This document shows, piece by piece, positions 19,897 through 30,041 of a stretch of 64,000 bases of DNA (position 1 is its first letter; the number at the start of each line of letters is the position of its first letter). The position numbers and the translations under genes were made by a program. The notes under the pieces were generated by a model, which saw only the letters and a program-made list of their open reading frames with translations, was not told the DNA's origin and ran no database searches. The stretch spans positions 96,001 to 160,000 of the forward strand of contig CAVYSY010000038.1 in the NCBI GenBank assembly GCA_963771175.1. The letters run 5' to 3'. The stretch comes from an uncultured delta proteobacterium (lineage in GTDB: Bacteria > Myxococcota > Myxococcia > Myxococcales > Myxococcaceae).

Positions 19897-20904
19897 ATGC
19901 TGGACGGTTTCGCCGACGAGGGCTTCGCGGACATCTGGACGCCAGTGGCGATGTCGCGAGAGGTGGGCAAGGCGCCCTACGCGCTGACGCTGGCCTCGGA
20001 GCGCATCGTGCTCTTCCGGGACAACGAGGGTCGGGTGTCGGCGCTGCACGACCAGTGTCCGCACCGGGGCGTGAAGCTGTCGCTGGGGAAGGTGGGGAAG
20101 GACGGGTGCCTGGAGTGTCCCTTCCACGGCTGGCGCTTCGCGTCGGGCGGGGCCTGTACGCACATCCCGCTCAACCCCATGCCCGAGGAGAAGCGCCGGC
20201 GCTTCGCCGCCACCACCTTTCCCGTGCGTGAGCGCGGCGGCCTCATCTGGGTCTACACGCGCCCGGGTACCGAGGCCCCCGAGGAGCCGACGGTGCCCGC
20301 GGTGCTGGAGCAGGAGGGCGTCCACGTGTGGCTGTACGCCGAGACGTGGAACGCGCACTGGACGCGGGCGATGGAGAACATGCTGGACTCGCCGCACCTG
20401 CCCTTCGTGCACCGGCGCACCATCGGCGGAGGGCTGCGCCGGAGGATGAAGCCGGACTCGAAGATGGAGATGGAGGTGCACCCGACCCCCACGGGCTTCC
20501 GCACCTCGTGGACCATGGACGGAAAGTTCACGGATGCCTCCCTGGAGTGGCTGCGGCCCAATGGCATGGCGCTGCACGTCCCCGTTCCGAAGCGCATCAT
20601 GAGGCTGCATATGTGGTGCGTGCCGGTGGACGCGAACCACACGCGGATGATGCTGGCGAGCGCGCGTGATTTCCTGCGCTTCCAGCCCATCGCGGGCCTC
20701 ATCGACCGCTTCAACACGCGCATCCTGCGCGAGGACCAGGCGGTGGTGGAGTCGAGCCACCCGGCCGAGGTGCCCCCGGCGTCCGAGGAGCGCAGCGTGG
20801 CGACGGATCGGGCCACGCTGGCCTTCCGGCGCTGGTACCTGGAGCGCAAGAAGCGGGGCGCACGAGAAGTCACCAGCCCCGAGGCTCCGTCACTGGCGAG
20901 TTGA
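19897..20904 (+). CDS. Rieske non-heme iron oxygenase alpha subunit (VanA/KshA-like)
   Basis: CPHRG..CPFHGW Rieske motif; ENMLDSPHLPFVH iron site. Confidence 0.92.
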   Translation: MLDGFADEGFADIWTPVAMSREVGKAPYALTLASERIVLFRDNEGRVSALHDQCPHRGVKLSLGKVGKDGCLECPFHGWRFASGGACTHIPLNPMPEEKRRRFAATTFPVRERGGLIWVYTRPGTEAPEEPTVPAVLEQEGVHVWLYAETWNAHWTRAMENMLDSPHLPFVHRRTIGGGLRRRMKPDSKMEMEVHPTPTGFRTSWTMDGKFTDASLEWLRPNGMALHVPVPKRIMRLHMWCVPVDANHTRMMLASARDFLRFQPIAGLIDRFNTRILREDQAVVESSHPAEVPPASEERSVATDRATLAFRRWYLERKKRGAREVTSPEAPSLAS

Positions 20905-21222
20905 TCAGCTCGCCGCTGGCTCCGCGACGGCCTGCTCCTCACGACGCAACCGCGCGTCGAGCACGAAGGTCCCAAAGGGCAGCAGCGACGCGATGAACGC
21001 GCCCACGATGCGCACGAGCGACCAGCGGTGCGCCGCGGACGCCTCCACGAGGGCGAGGAGGTAGAGCACGAACAGCAGCCCGTGCGCCCAGCCGACCATC
21101 TTCACCGCGAGGGGCATGCCGGCCAGATACTTCAGTGGCATGGCGATGAAGAGGAGCACGAGGAAGGAGAGGCCCTCGAGCAGGCCGACGGCGCGCAGAC
21201 GTCCGATGGGGGTCTTCAGCAT
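20905..21222 (-). CDS. DUF3817 membrane protein
   Basis: EGLSFLVLLFIAMPLKY, GWAHG, LPFGTF. Confidence 0.8.
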   Translation of the reverse strand: MLKTPIGRLRAVGLLEGLSFLVLLFIAMPLKYLAGMPLAVKMVGWAHGLLFVLYLLALVEASAAHRWSLVRIVGAFIASLLPFGTFVLDARLRREEQAVAEPAAS

Positions 21223-21411
21223 GGGGGGGAACCTCATTCGCCCCCCTCGCTTCGCACCCTCTCGGGGCCCGGGTCAACACACGTGGCCAGCGCCCTCCCA
21301 CAAGCACCCCTGAAGTAAGTCGTTTCAGGTGTGACGAGCAGCGCCAGTGCGTCCGCACCGCACACGCCCGCCACGACACCTGAGCCCCCGCCTCCTGGGC
21401 GCGCTTTTCAG

Positions 21412-21438
21412 AAACCTGTCCGACTGTCGGACAGGTTT
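21412..21438. repeat. Palindromic REP-like element aaacctgtccgac-t-gtcggacaggttt
   Basis: 13-bp perfect inverted repeat in intergenic DNA. Confidence 0.6.
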
Positions 21439-21492
21439 TTGAAGACCGCGCCCGGCAGCCCCCCCCTCCTGCGCGGACTTTCTTCGGATGGC

Positions 21493-21900
21493 TTAGCGGC
21501 GCTCCGTCATGCGCTCCAGCGTGTCTCGGTTGCGAGGCTCGAAGAAGCGCTCGCGCAGCAACCTCGGGAGTGCGCGCTTGTCCACACACAGGAGTTGGAG
21601 CGCATCGTTCCATTCCCCGAGCACGGCGACGGCGCGCACGTCGGGTGCCTCACGATAGAGGTCGTTGAGGTTGTGGACGAGCGCCCAGAGGTCCTCCACC
21701 TCCCAGCGCTCCGACGTCTCCCCGGCGAGGATGTGAAGCTCGAAGTGCGGGCGCTCGCGAACGTCGACGACCTTGAAGCGCCGAGCGGCCCCACCCATGG
21801 CCAGCGTGAGGGGCCCGACGAGCTCATCGGCCCGCACGCCGAGCGCGACGGTGAGGCCCCCTTCGAGGACACCGGCGTCACACAGGCGGAGCAGGGACAC
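21493..21900 (-). CDS. Hypothetical protein
   Basis: Good codon usage; LVHNLNDLY..VLGEWND.LQLLC; start approximate. Confidence 0.55.
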   Translation of the reverse strand: MSLLRLCDAGVLEGGLTVALGVRADELVGPLTLAMGGAARRFKVVDVRERPHFELHILAGETSERWEVEDLWALVHNLNDLYREAPDVRAVAVLGEWNDALQLLCVDKRALPRLLRERFFEPRNRDTLERMTERR

Positions 21901-22027
21901 GTGGGGAGGCTCCGCATCATTGAGGAGCTCCCGCGGCCGCCTCCCGGTCCTTGAGGAGGCGCGAGCGTTCGAGCGAGTCGAGGAGCGAAGCCATGGGCGC
22001 GAGGGTGCCACGGCGTCTCTCCCCGGC

Positions 22028-22528
22028 TCAACCTTCCTCGCCCTCCCAGTAGCCCACCTGGGAGGCAAGGGGCAGATACGCCTCCAGGGTGCGCGCGGCC
22101 TTGTTGCCCCCGGGCGCCGCTCCGGCGAGCACCCCCACCTTGTTGGAGTCCGGGTACACGATGACGTCGGGCTCGAGCATGGTGGAGATGGCGAGGTAGC
22201 GCAGGGGCTCGTCCCCCTCATTGATGAGCTGGTGCGCGCAAGCGGGCCCGGCGGGGAGCGCGACGTAGTCCCCGGTCTTCACGGGCACGGTCTCCTCGCC
22301 GAGCCGCAGCGTGCCGGAGCCCGAGAGGATGAAGAGGGCCTCCTCGTTGGAGAGGTGGTAGTGGCGGGGCCAGGACTGCTTGCCGGGGAGGAGCTCGAGG
22401 AGGCTGCACCCGAGCTTCTGCCCGTGGGCCGCGGCGCCGAGCTGCTTGCGCCGCATGGCGACACGGGAGCCGCGAGTGGTCTCGGTCCAGGAGATGTCCT
22501 GCGCATTGACGACGTGGGGGTGGGCCAT
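22028..22528 (-). CDS. Cupin domain protein
   Basis: PRHYHLSNEEALFILSG, AHQLIN, YPDSNK. Confidence 0.88.
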   Translation of the reverse strand: MAHPHVVNAQDISWTETTRGSRVAMRRKQLGAAAHGQKLGCSLLELLPGKQSWPRHYHLSNEEALFILSGSGTLRLGEETVPVKTGDYVALPAGPACAHQLINEGDEPLRYLAISTMLEPDVIVYPDSNKVGVLAGAAPGGNKAARTLEAYLPLASQVGYWEGEEG

Positions 22529-22539
22529 GGGTTCCTCCG

Positions 22540-23319
22540 TCAGGGGCGAGTGGCGATGAGGGCGAAGACGCGGTGGGGCACGGCGAGCGGGTTCTCGGGG
22601 AAGCGCTCGGAGAGAACGGAGGCGAGCGCGGCATCGAAGCGGGCCACCTGCTCTGGCGCGAGCGACGCGCCAATCTTGGCACTGGCCCGGACCCGACCGC
22701 GCCAGGCCTCGTGGGTGTAGGGGACGGCGAGGTCGAAGGAGAAGCTCTCCAGGTGGACGAAGCCCGCGCCGGCGGCGTCCTTGAACCAGGCCGGATAGAG
22801 GCCGGTGCCGTGGCCGAAGCGGACGTAGGGCTGCACGGGGCCGGGATTGAACTCCTCGATGAGGTGCTCGGTGGCCTCGATGACGTTGCCGGGCAGGGTC
22901 ACCCAGTCGAAGTGGGCGATGACGAGCCGGCCACCGGGGACGAGCAGCCGGGCGGCCTCGCGAGCGGCGGCGGTGCGGTCGAACCAGTGCCAGCACTGGC
23001 CGGCGATGACGAGGTCCGCCGAGCCGTCGGGCAGCCCGGTGTTCTCCGCGGGGGCAATCCGCCAGTCGATGGAGAGCCGCTCCTCGGCGGCGAGCCGGCG
23101 GGCGCCCTCGAGCATGGAAGCGGAGATGTCCAGGGCGGTGACCTGGCAGCCGTGCCGGGCGAGGCCTCGGGCCACGGTGCCAGTGCCGGTGCCCAGGTCC
23201 ACGGCGCGCAACCCGGGCCGGAGGACGCCCTCGCGAGCGAGCCGCAGGAAGAACGGCTCGGGGAATCCGGCCCGGTGCTTCACGTAGTCATCCGCCGTGC
23301 GTCCGAAGTCGACCTGCAT
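22540..23319 (-). CDS. Class I SAM-dependent methyltransferase
   Basis: VDLGTGTG, AGQCWHWFD, LVPGG. Confidence 0.9.
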   Translation of the reverse strand: MQVDFGRTADDYVKHRAGFPEPFFLRLAREGVLRPGLRAVDLGTGTGTVARGLARHGCQVTALDISASMLEGARRLAAEERLSIDWRIAPAENTGLPDGSADLVIAGQCWHWFDRTAAAREAARLLVPGGRLVIAHFDWVTLPGNVIEATEHLIEEFNPGPVQPYVRFGHGTGLYPAWFKDAAGAGFVHLESFSFDLAVPYTHEAWRGRVRASAKIGASLAPEQVARFDAALASVLSERFPENPLAVPHRVFALIATRP

Positions 23320-23394
23320 GGTGGCCTGCTCCTCGCCTCCCATCTCGACGCGCTGTCGAGTCGAGTCGACAATGCGCTCCGGGAGACACGGTGA

Positions 23395-24669
23395 ATGGTT
23401 AAGGCACGCGAACCGAAGGCTCAATCTCGATTCGACAGTCGACATGAGGAGCTGCTGCCGGCGGCGGAGGCGGCGAAGCTGCTGGGGGTGAAGCGAGCCA
23501 CGCTCTACACGTACGTGAGCCGGGGTCTGGTGCGGTGCGTGCCCGAGCCGGGGACGAAGGAGAACCGGTACGTCCGCGCGGACATCGAGCGGCTGAAGGT
23601 GCGGCACGACGCGCGGGCAGGGCACGCGGCTGTGGCGGCGGGGGCACTGCGCTGGGGCGAGCCGGTCATCGACTCGGCGGTGTCGCGGGTGGGGGCGGAG
23701 GGGCTGGCGTACCGGGGCCACCCAGCGGTGCAGCTCGCGCTGGAGGGACGGACCTTCGAGGATGTGGCGGAGCTGCTCTGGACGGGCTCACTGCCAGTAC
23801 AGCCGGTGCGGTGGCCCTCGCCGGGGCTGCCCATCCAGCCCTCGGCGGTGGCGGAACTGATGCCGAAGCGCTCGCCGCCGCTGGCGGTGCTGTCGGCGGT
23901 GGTGCCGCTGTTGGGCGCCTGGGACGAGGTGCGCTTCGCGGCCCCGGCGGAGCAGGAGCGGCTGCGAGGGCGACGCCTTCTGCGGCACCTGGCGGCCTGG
24001 GTGTGCGCGGCGCACGCGCCGGCACGGGTGGCGCGGGCGCTGAAGGAGGAGACGGTGGCGGCGTCGCTGGCGGTGGCGTGGGGAGCGACGGCGAAGCGAG
24101 CACCGGAGGTGCTGGACCGGGCGCTGGTGCTGTGCGCGGACCACGAGCTGAACGTGTCCACCTTCGCGGCCCGGGTGGCTGCGTCCTCGGGAGCGGACCT
24201 GTACGCGTGCATGAGCGCGGCATTGGCGGCGCTCTCGGGACCGAAGCACGGAGGCGCGTGCGACCGCATCGAGGCGCTGCTGCAGGAAGTGGGCAGGCCG
24301 GAGCGGGCGCGCACGGTGGTGCACGAGCGGCTGCGCCGAGGCGAATCCGTTCCAGGCTTCGGGCACCAGCTGTACCCCGAGGGAGACCCCCGCACACCGC
24401 CCCTGCTGGAGGCGGCGTACACGTTCCGTCCGGAGCCCCTGGGCGTGCGAGTGCTGCGCGCGGTGGAAGAGACGATGCGCGAGGCGGGGCACGCGCCGCC
24501 AACGGTCGACTTCGGACTGGTGGCGCTGGCATCAGCGCTGGAGCTGCCCACGGGAGCGGCAGCGGCACTGTTCGCGGTGGGGCGCGCGGCGGGCTGGGTG
24601 GCACACGTCCTGGAGCAGCGCGAGCAGGGGAACCTGCTGCGCCCCCGGGCCCGCTACGTGGGAGCCTGA
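23395..24669 (+). CDS. Citrate synthase family protein with N-terminal HTH DNA-binding domain
   Basis: AAKLLGVKRATLYTYVSRG HTH; ADHELNVSTF, GPKHGG, PGFGH, TVDF, RPRARY. Confidence 0.88.
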   Translation: MVKAREPKAQSRFDSRHEELLPAAEAAKLLGVKRATLYTYVSRGLVRCVPEPGTKENRYVRADIERLKVRHDARAGHAAVAAGALRWGEPVIDSAVSRVGAEGLAYRGHPAVQLALEGRTFEDVAELLWTGSLPVQPVRWPSPGLPIQPSAVAELMPKRSPPLAVLSAVVPLLGAWDEVRFAAPAEQERLRGRRLLRHLAAWVCAAHAPARVARALKEETVAASLAVAWGATAKRAPEVLDRALVLCADHELNVSTFAARVAASSGADLYACMSAALAALSGPKHGGACDRIEALLQEVGRPERARTVVHERLRRGESVPGFGHQLYPEGDPRTPPLLEAAYTFRPEPLGVRVLRAVEETMREAGHAPPTVDFGLVALASALELPTGAAAALFAVGRAAGWVAHVLEQREQGNLLRPRARYVGA

Positions 24670-24776
24670 GCCCGAGCGGACTCCGCGTGGTTTCCAACGC
24701 TCGCCGGCCGTATGGGGCGCATGGCGGACGACAATGCGCTGGACTCCGCTTCCTCCGCGTCTTACCGGAGCCACCC

Positions 24777-25052
24777 ATGAGCCCCTTCGTCCGCCTTCAG
24801 CTCCTGCTCCTGCTCGGCAACGTCGCCTTCATCGCCGCCTGGGCCGTGGCCCTCACGCGGCCCGCGGGCTGGCAGTGGGTGGGAGTCGCCCTGCTCGCCT
24901 TCTTCGTCGCCGTCCGCGTGGGCGGCATGTGGCTGCGCGCCCGGCAGTTCCCCGACGAGGGTCGCTCCCGCAGGGCAGCCATCCTCTCCACCGTCGTCGC
25001 GGCGCTCGCGGTCGCCCTGTGGGTCTACACCGCCCTGCGCGGGCCCGCATAG
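24777..25052 (+). CDS. Small membrane protein
   Basis: Three hydrophobic helices, GGAG RBS. Confidence 0.6.
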   Translation: MSPFVRLQLLLLLGNVAFIAAWAVALTRPAGWQWVGVALLAFFVAVRVGGMWLRARQFPDEGRSRRAAILSTVVAALAVALWVYTALRGPA

Positions 25053-25139
25053 GAGCGCCCTGGCCCGCAAGTGAGAGAGGGTGCCGGGACCTCTCACGGT
25101 CCTCGCGGCACCCTCACCCGACCTCTCAAGAGAGAGGCG

Positions 25140-26249
25140 TCACACGTTGAAGCGGAAGTGCATGCAGTCGCCGTCCTGCACCACGTACTCCTTGCCTTCC
25201 ACGCGCAGCAGGCCCTTCTCCTTCACCGCCGACTCGGCACCGAACTTGATGAGGTCTTCCCACCTCATCACCTCGGCCTTGATGAAGCCGCGCTCGAAGT
25301 CCGAGTGGATGACGCCCGCCGCCTGCGGCGCCTTGTCACCCTTGTGGATGGTCCACGCCCGGCACTCCTGCTCGCCCACCGTGAAGTACGTCTGCAGGCC
25401 CAGCAGCTTGTAGCCCTCGCGCACCACCTTGTGCAGGCCCGGCTCCGTCAGCCCCGCGCTCTCCAGGAAGCCCGGACGCTCCTCCTCGGGAAGCTGCTGG
25501 ATTTCCGACTCCATCGCCGCGGCCAGCACCACCACGCCCGCGCCCTCCTTCGCCGCCATCTCCCGCACCCGCTGCACCATCGGGTCGGAGTCTTCCTTGC
25601 CGATCTGCTTCTCGCTGATGTTCGCCACGTACAGCACCGGCTTGTCCGTCAGCAGGAAGAGGTCCTTGAGGACCGCCCGCTCCTCGTCCGACAGCTTCTG
25701 CGCGCGCACGGTGATGGCCGAGTCCAGCCCGGCCTTGACGCGGTCCAGGATGGCGAGCTCCGCCTTCGCCTCGTCGCCCGCCTTGCCGCCCATCTTGGCG
25801 TTCTTCTGCGAACGCTCGCGGCGCTTCTCCACCGTCTCCATGTCCTTGAGGCAGAGCTCCGTGTCCACCACGTCCCGGTCTCGCACCGGGTCCACGCCGC
25901 CCTCCACGTGGGTGACGTTGTCGTCCACGAAGCAGCGCAGCACGTGCAGCACCGCGTCCACCTGCCGGATGTTGCCCAGGAACTGGTTGCCCAGTCCCTC
26001 GCCCTTCGAGGCGCCACGCACCAGGCCGGCGATGTCCACGAACTCGAGCGAGGTGGGAACCTTCTTGAGGGGCTTCACCAGGGCCGACAGCTTGTCCAGC
26101 CGATCGTCCGGCACCGGCACCACGCCCACGTTCGGCTCGATGGTGCAGAACGGGTAGTTGGCCGCCTGGGCGCCCGCTGCCGAGAGTGCGTTGAACAGGG
26201 TGGACTTGCCCACGTTGGGCAGACCGACAATGCCGATGGAAAGCGCCAT
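25140..26249 (-). CDS. ychF: Redox-regulated ATPase YchF
   Basis: GLPNVGKST, ANYPFCTIEPN, DIAGLV, TGS domain end HFRFNV. Confidence 0.97.
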   Translation of the reverse strand: MALSIGIVGLPNVGKSTLFNALSAAGAQAANYPFCTIEPNVGVVPVPDDRLDKLSALVKPLKKVPTSLEFVDIAGLVRGASKGEGLGNQFLGNIRQVDAVLHVLRCFVDDNVTHVEGGVDPVRDRDVVDTELCLKDMETVEKRRERSQKNAKMGGKAGDEAKAELAILDRVKAGLDSAITVRAQKLSDEERAVLKDLFLLTDKPVLYVANISEKQIGKEDSDPMVQRVREMAAKEGAGVVVLAAAMESEIQQLPEEERPGFLESAGLTEPGLHKVVREGYKLLGLQTYFTVGEQECRAWTIHKGDKAPQAAGVIHSDFERGFIKAEVMRWEDLIKFGAESAVKEKGLLRVEGKEYVVQDGDCMHFRFNV

Positions 26250-26294
26250 ATTGGATTCCTGAACAGCTCGAGGCGAACCCGAAAATCCGGGGGA

Positions 26295-26834
26295 CTAGGC
26301 TCGGGTCGCGGGCGTGCCCTTGCCCGGCAGGCCCTGCACGAACTGCTCCGCCAGGGCGCGGTGCTTGGTGTCGTCCATGCGCTCGTTGAGCAGCTTGCCG
26401 GCCACCTCCATGGACAGGTCCACCGCCATGGCCTTCACCTCGGCGATGGCCTTGGACTTCTGCTCCTCGATCTCGCGCTGCGCGGAGGCCTTGAACTCCT
26501 CGGCCTCCTTGCGGCTCTTGGCCATCAGCTCCTCGCGGAACTTCTCCATCTCCTGCTGGTTGCGGCGGAGCATCTCCTGCGACTCGCGGCGGGCCTCGGC
26601 GATGGCCGTCTTCTGCTCGGCGAGCAGCTTCTCGGCCTCGGCGCGCTCACGCTTGGCCGCCTCGATGGAGCTGGCGATCTGCTTCTCGCGCTCCTCGACC
26701 AGCGACAGGATGGGGCCCCAGGCCTTCCAGCGCAGGACGATGGCGACGATGATGAAGGTGACGAGCGTCCAGAAGATGAGGCCCGGGCGGACCTCCACGA
26801 AGCTGCTGGCGGCGAGAACGTTGGGCAGGAGCAT
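26295..26834 (-). CDS. atpF: ATP synthase Fo subunit b
   Basis: PGLIFWTLVTF TM then coiled coil; operon context. Confidence 0.9.
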   Translation of the reverse strand: MLLPNVLAASSFVEVRPGLIFWTLVTFIIVAIVLRWKAWGPILSLVEEREKQIASSIEAAKRERAEAEKLLAEQKTAIAEARRESQEMLRRNQQEMEKFREELMAKSRKEAEEFKASAQREIEEQKSKAIAEVKAMAVDLSMEVAGKLLNERMDDTKHRALAEQFVQGLPGKGTPATRA

Positions 26835-26971
26835 GGCGGCCTTCGCAGGTACTGCGTCAGGGGTACGGCCTGCTGGGACTACAGAAGACGGGGAACCGCG
26901 GTGATGCGAGGGCCGGCGCCCCCTCGTCTGCACGAGCGAGCGCCGGACCCGGGTCCTACTCACGACCTGAA

Positions 26972-27202
26972 TCACACCTTGATGGCGAGGAGGATGCACA
27001 CGACCAGCGCGAACAGCGTCGCGCCTTCGATGAGGGCCGCGGCGATGATCATGGTGGTGCGGATGTCGCCACCGGCGGCCGGCTGACGGCCCGTGGCGTC
27101 CATGGCGGCGGCGGCCAGCTTGCCGATGCCGAGGGCGGCGCCGATGATGGAGAGGCCGGCACCGATGCCGGCGGCGAGGAAGGCGAGAGCGACGTTGGTC
27201 AT
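26972..27202 (-). CDS. atpE: ATP synthase Fo subunit c
   Basis: GAALGIG, RQP loop, LIEG. Confidence 0.95.
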   Translation of the reverse strand: MTNVALAFLAAGIGAGLSIIGAALGIGKLAAAAMDATGRQPAAGGDIRTTMIIAAALIEGATLFALVVCILLAIKV

Positions 27203-27344
27203 GGGAGTGCTTCTTCTTTCTTCGGAGGGGACCCACTTGTGGGGGGGTCGTTGCTTCCCTTTTGGACGACCTCCGGCGACCTTTCGAATCGCCGGGTACT
27301 CACCGGGGCCCCAGGAGTCGGGGCCCCGCTAACTTGGGGGGACC

Positions 27345-28407
27345 TCAGGAGCCCAGCACGTGGGCCTTGCCATGGTCGTGGCTGTGGCCCAGCTCCTTGT
27401 GGTCGCCGTGCTCGTCGGCGTGCGCGTGGCCGTGGTGGCCCATGGCCACGCTCATGCCGATGAAGAGCGCCGAGAGCATGGTGAAGACGTAGGCCTGCAC
27501 GAAGGCCACGAAGAGCTCCAGCAGGTAGATGCCCATGGCGAAGGGCACGCTCACGAAGGCCACCGCCGGGTGGCCGAGCATGAAGATGAGGCCCAGCAGG
27601 AAGAAGATGACGATGTGGCCCGCCAGCATGTTGGCGAAGAGACGGATGGTGAGCGCGAAGGGCTTGGTGAACAGGCCCAGCATCTCCACCGGAATCATGA
27701 TGGGCCACAGCGCCCAGTGGCACGCCGCCGGTCAGGTGGGCCAGGTAGCCGCCGAGGCCCGCGGCGCGGATGCCGGCGATCTGCGTGACGACGAAGGTGC
27801 AGACGGCCAGGCCGCAGGTGACGGCGATGTTGCCCGTGGCGCTCGCCATCCAGGGGAACAGGCCCAGCAGGTTCATGAAGAGGATGAAGAAGAACGCGGT
27901 GAGCAGGTAGGGCGTGTAGCGCGGGCCCTCCTCCTTGCCGATGTTCTTGATGGCCAGCTCGTCGCGCACGAAGAGGACGAGCATCTCGAAGAGGTTGGCC
28001 GCCGGTGCCGCGGGGCACCAGCTTCGTCTTGTCGCGGTTGCTCCAGATGAGGAGCGAGCCGATGAGCAGCAGCGCCGCCAGCCACATCATCACCGTGTGC
28101 TTGGTGATGGAGAGGTCCAGGCAGCCGGCGCCCAGGCCGGGGATGACCTCGCCGTGCTCCGTCATCTGCGGCGTGCAGGCGCCCGCCTTCAGCGGGATGA
28201 GAATCTGCGGCAGGTGGATGGGGACGTGGTTGTTGCTGAGCGGAATCTCGAACTCGTACTCCGGCGAGTCCGAGACGTGGTGGAGGATGTAGCCCGCCAC
28301 GTCCTGCTCTCCTTCTCCAGGTGCGTCTCGCCGGCAGCGCCGTGCCCGCCTTCGGCGAACGCGACGCCGGCCATCAGCCCGACGAAGAGAACCATTGCCT
28401 TGCGCAT
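27345..28407 (-). CDS. atpB: ATP synthase Fo subunit a (several apparent frameshifts)
   Basis: Pieces in different frames: [45 protein letters not shown]. Confidence 0.88.
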
Positions 28408-28453
28408 CACTCGTCTCCGCCCGCCGCGCCCCGGGACGCGGCCATCACGTAGC

Positions 28454-28806
28454 TCACTTCAATCCACTGCAGCGCGAAGTAGGTGCCGAAGAAGCCGGCC
28501 ACGAACGCCACCGCGCCCAACCCTCGCGCCACCACCCACAGCAGACCCACCACCACGCACCACGGCCCGCATCCCGAACACCACTCCTACCACCTTCAAC
28601 GCCGCGTTCAGGTCCTTGCGCACCGCCCGCCGCTTGAGCACCAGCGCCACCGCCCCCGTCACCGCCGCCAGCCCCACCCCCATCACCGCCGCCAGCCGCG
28701 CCTCCGGCCCCCTGGGCGCCAGCGCCGCCACCGCCAGTCCCACCACCGACACCACCGCCGCCAGTCCGGCGTGCAGCCGGAAGGTCTCCGCGCCGTGTTC
28801 CTTCAC
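28454..28806 (-). CDS. ATP synthase subunit I-like membrane protein (frameshifted)
   Basis: Hydrophobic helices, position upstream of atpB. Confidence 0.55.
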
Positions 28807-29067
28807 CGCTTCCGCTTCCCCAGCCGAGCCATCTCGCGGAGGAAGGCGTAGAAGCCCACGCCAGATCCCCACCAGGCTCAGCCCCAGCAAGAACCAGGGC
28901 GACGTTCCCAACCACCTGTCCAGGAAGTACCCGCCCAGCACCCCTACCACCGCCCCGCCCACCAGCTTCCACACCGCGGAGATGTACGGCTCCGCCGCCC
29001 TCATCTGCCGAGCCGTCTCCGACAGCTCGTCGCCCTCCGTGTCTTCCCGTGGCTCCTTCTCCGCCAT
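28803..29067 (-). CDS. AtpZ/AtpI family protein (frameshifted)
   Basis: GYFLDRWLGTSPWFLL motif. Confidence 0.75.
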
Positions 29068-29477
29068 GCCCTACAACCCTCGGGAAAACCACGGGTTTCC
29101 TTCGCCGCCCACCCCGCCCTTCCTACGCGCGGGCGCCGCTTAACATTGAAGGTGCGCGCCACGCAACCGCCACGCTCGGAAAGAGGTGGTCCTCCTATAA
29201 GAAGGGTTGCGGTGACTGGAAGCCCAGCTTGCTGAAACGGGCATGGATGGAGCTGGAGGAGGTGCCCCGATCTGCACCACGGTGTTGCCCTCGGGGTTCC
29301 TTCTCATGGTGTGGGTAAAGGCCATACCCAACCGCGCGTCGGGCAGGGCGGACGGCCAGCGCAGCGCCGGGGGGGGTGATCGACCCCGCGCCAGTCCACC
29401 GGGCGCTCCTCGTCGCGAGGTCCCACCGTTCCCAGCTTCCACCTGGACCTCTCACCACACGCCAGGAGGACCCCACG

Positions 29478-29975
29478 ATGCCAGTCCCCTTCCAAATCAC
29501 CTCGCCCCGCTTCAAGGACGGAGACCCCATTCCCATCGCCTACACCTGCGAAGGAGAAGACGCGCCCCCGCCCCTCCACTGGCAGGGCGAGCCACCGGGA
29601 ACCAGGAGTTTCGCACTCGTGGTGGAGGACCCCGACGCCCCCGACCCGAAGCACCCCCAGCGAACCTGGGTGCATTGGGTGCTCTACAACCTGCCCCCCA
29701 ACATCCATGACGTGCCCGAGACCATGCTGCCCGACAGCGTCCCCCCGAGTGCCCGCCAGGGCCTCAATGACTGGAAGCGGCAAGGGTACGGAGGGCCCTG
29801 TCCTCCCATCGGCCGCCACCGCTACTTCTATCGCCTGTACGCCCTGGACACAGTGCTGCCCGACATGGGCGCCATCACCCGCGACCAGTTGGAGCACGCC
29901 ATGGCCGGCCACATCCTCGCCCAGACGGAGCTGATCGGCACCTACGAGAAGGTCCACGCGCATACCCGGCACTGA
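29478..29975 (+). CDS. YbhB/YbcL (PEBP, Raf-kinase-inhibitor-like) protein
   Basis: DPDAP, WVHWV, YGGPCPPIGRHRYFY. Confidence 0.93.
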   Translation: MPVPFQITSPRFKDGDPIPIAYTCEGEDAPPPLHWQGEPPGTRSFALVVEDPDAPDPKHPQRTWVHWVLYNLPPNIHDVPETMLPDSVPPSARQGLNDWKRQGYGGPCPPIGRHRYFYRLYALDTVLPDMGAITRDQLEHAMAGHILAQTELIGTYEKVHAHTRH

Positions 29976-30041
29976 CTGGCCGCGCACGAAAACACCGGGC
30001 CCGCTTCCCCCCAACCCGGCCTGGGTGTCATCCTCCCCTCC

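Noticed and set aside
27345..29067. Pseudogenisation or programmed frameshifting of the atp genes
   Set aside because: Essential genes with scattered single-base indels, mirrored in many unrelated genes; sequencing error is the simpler explanation
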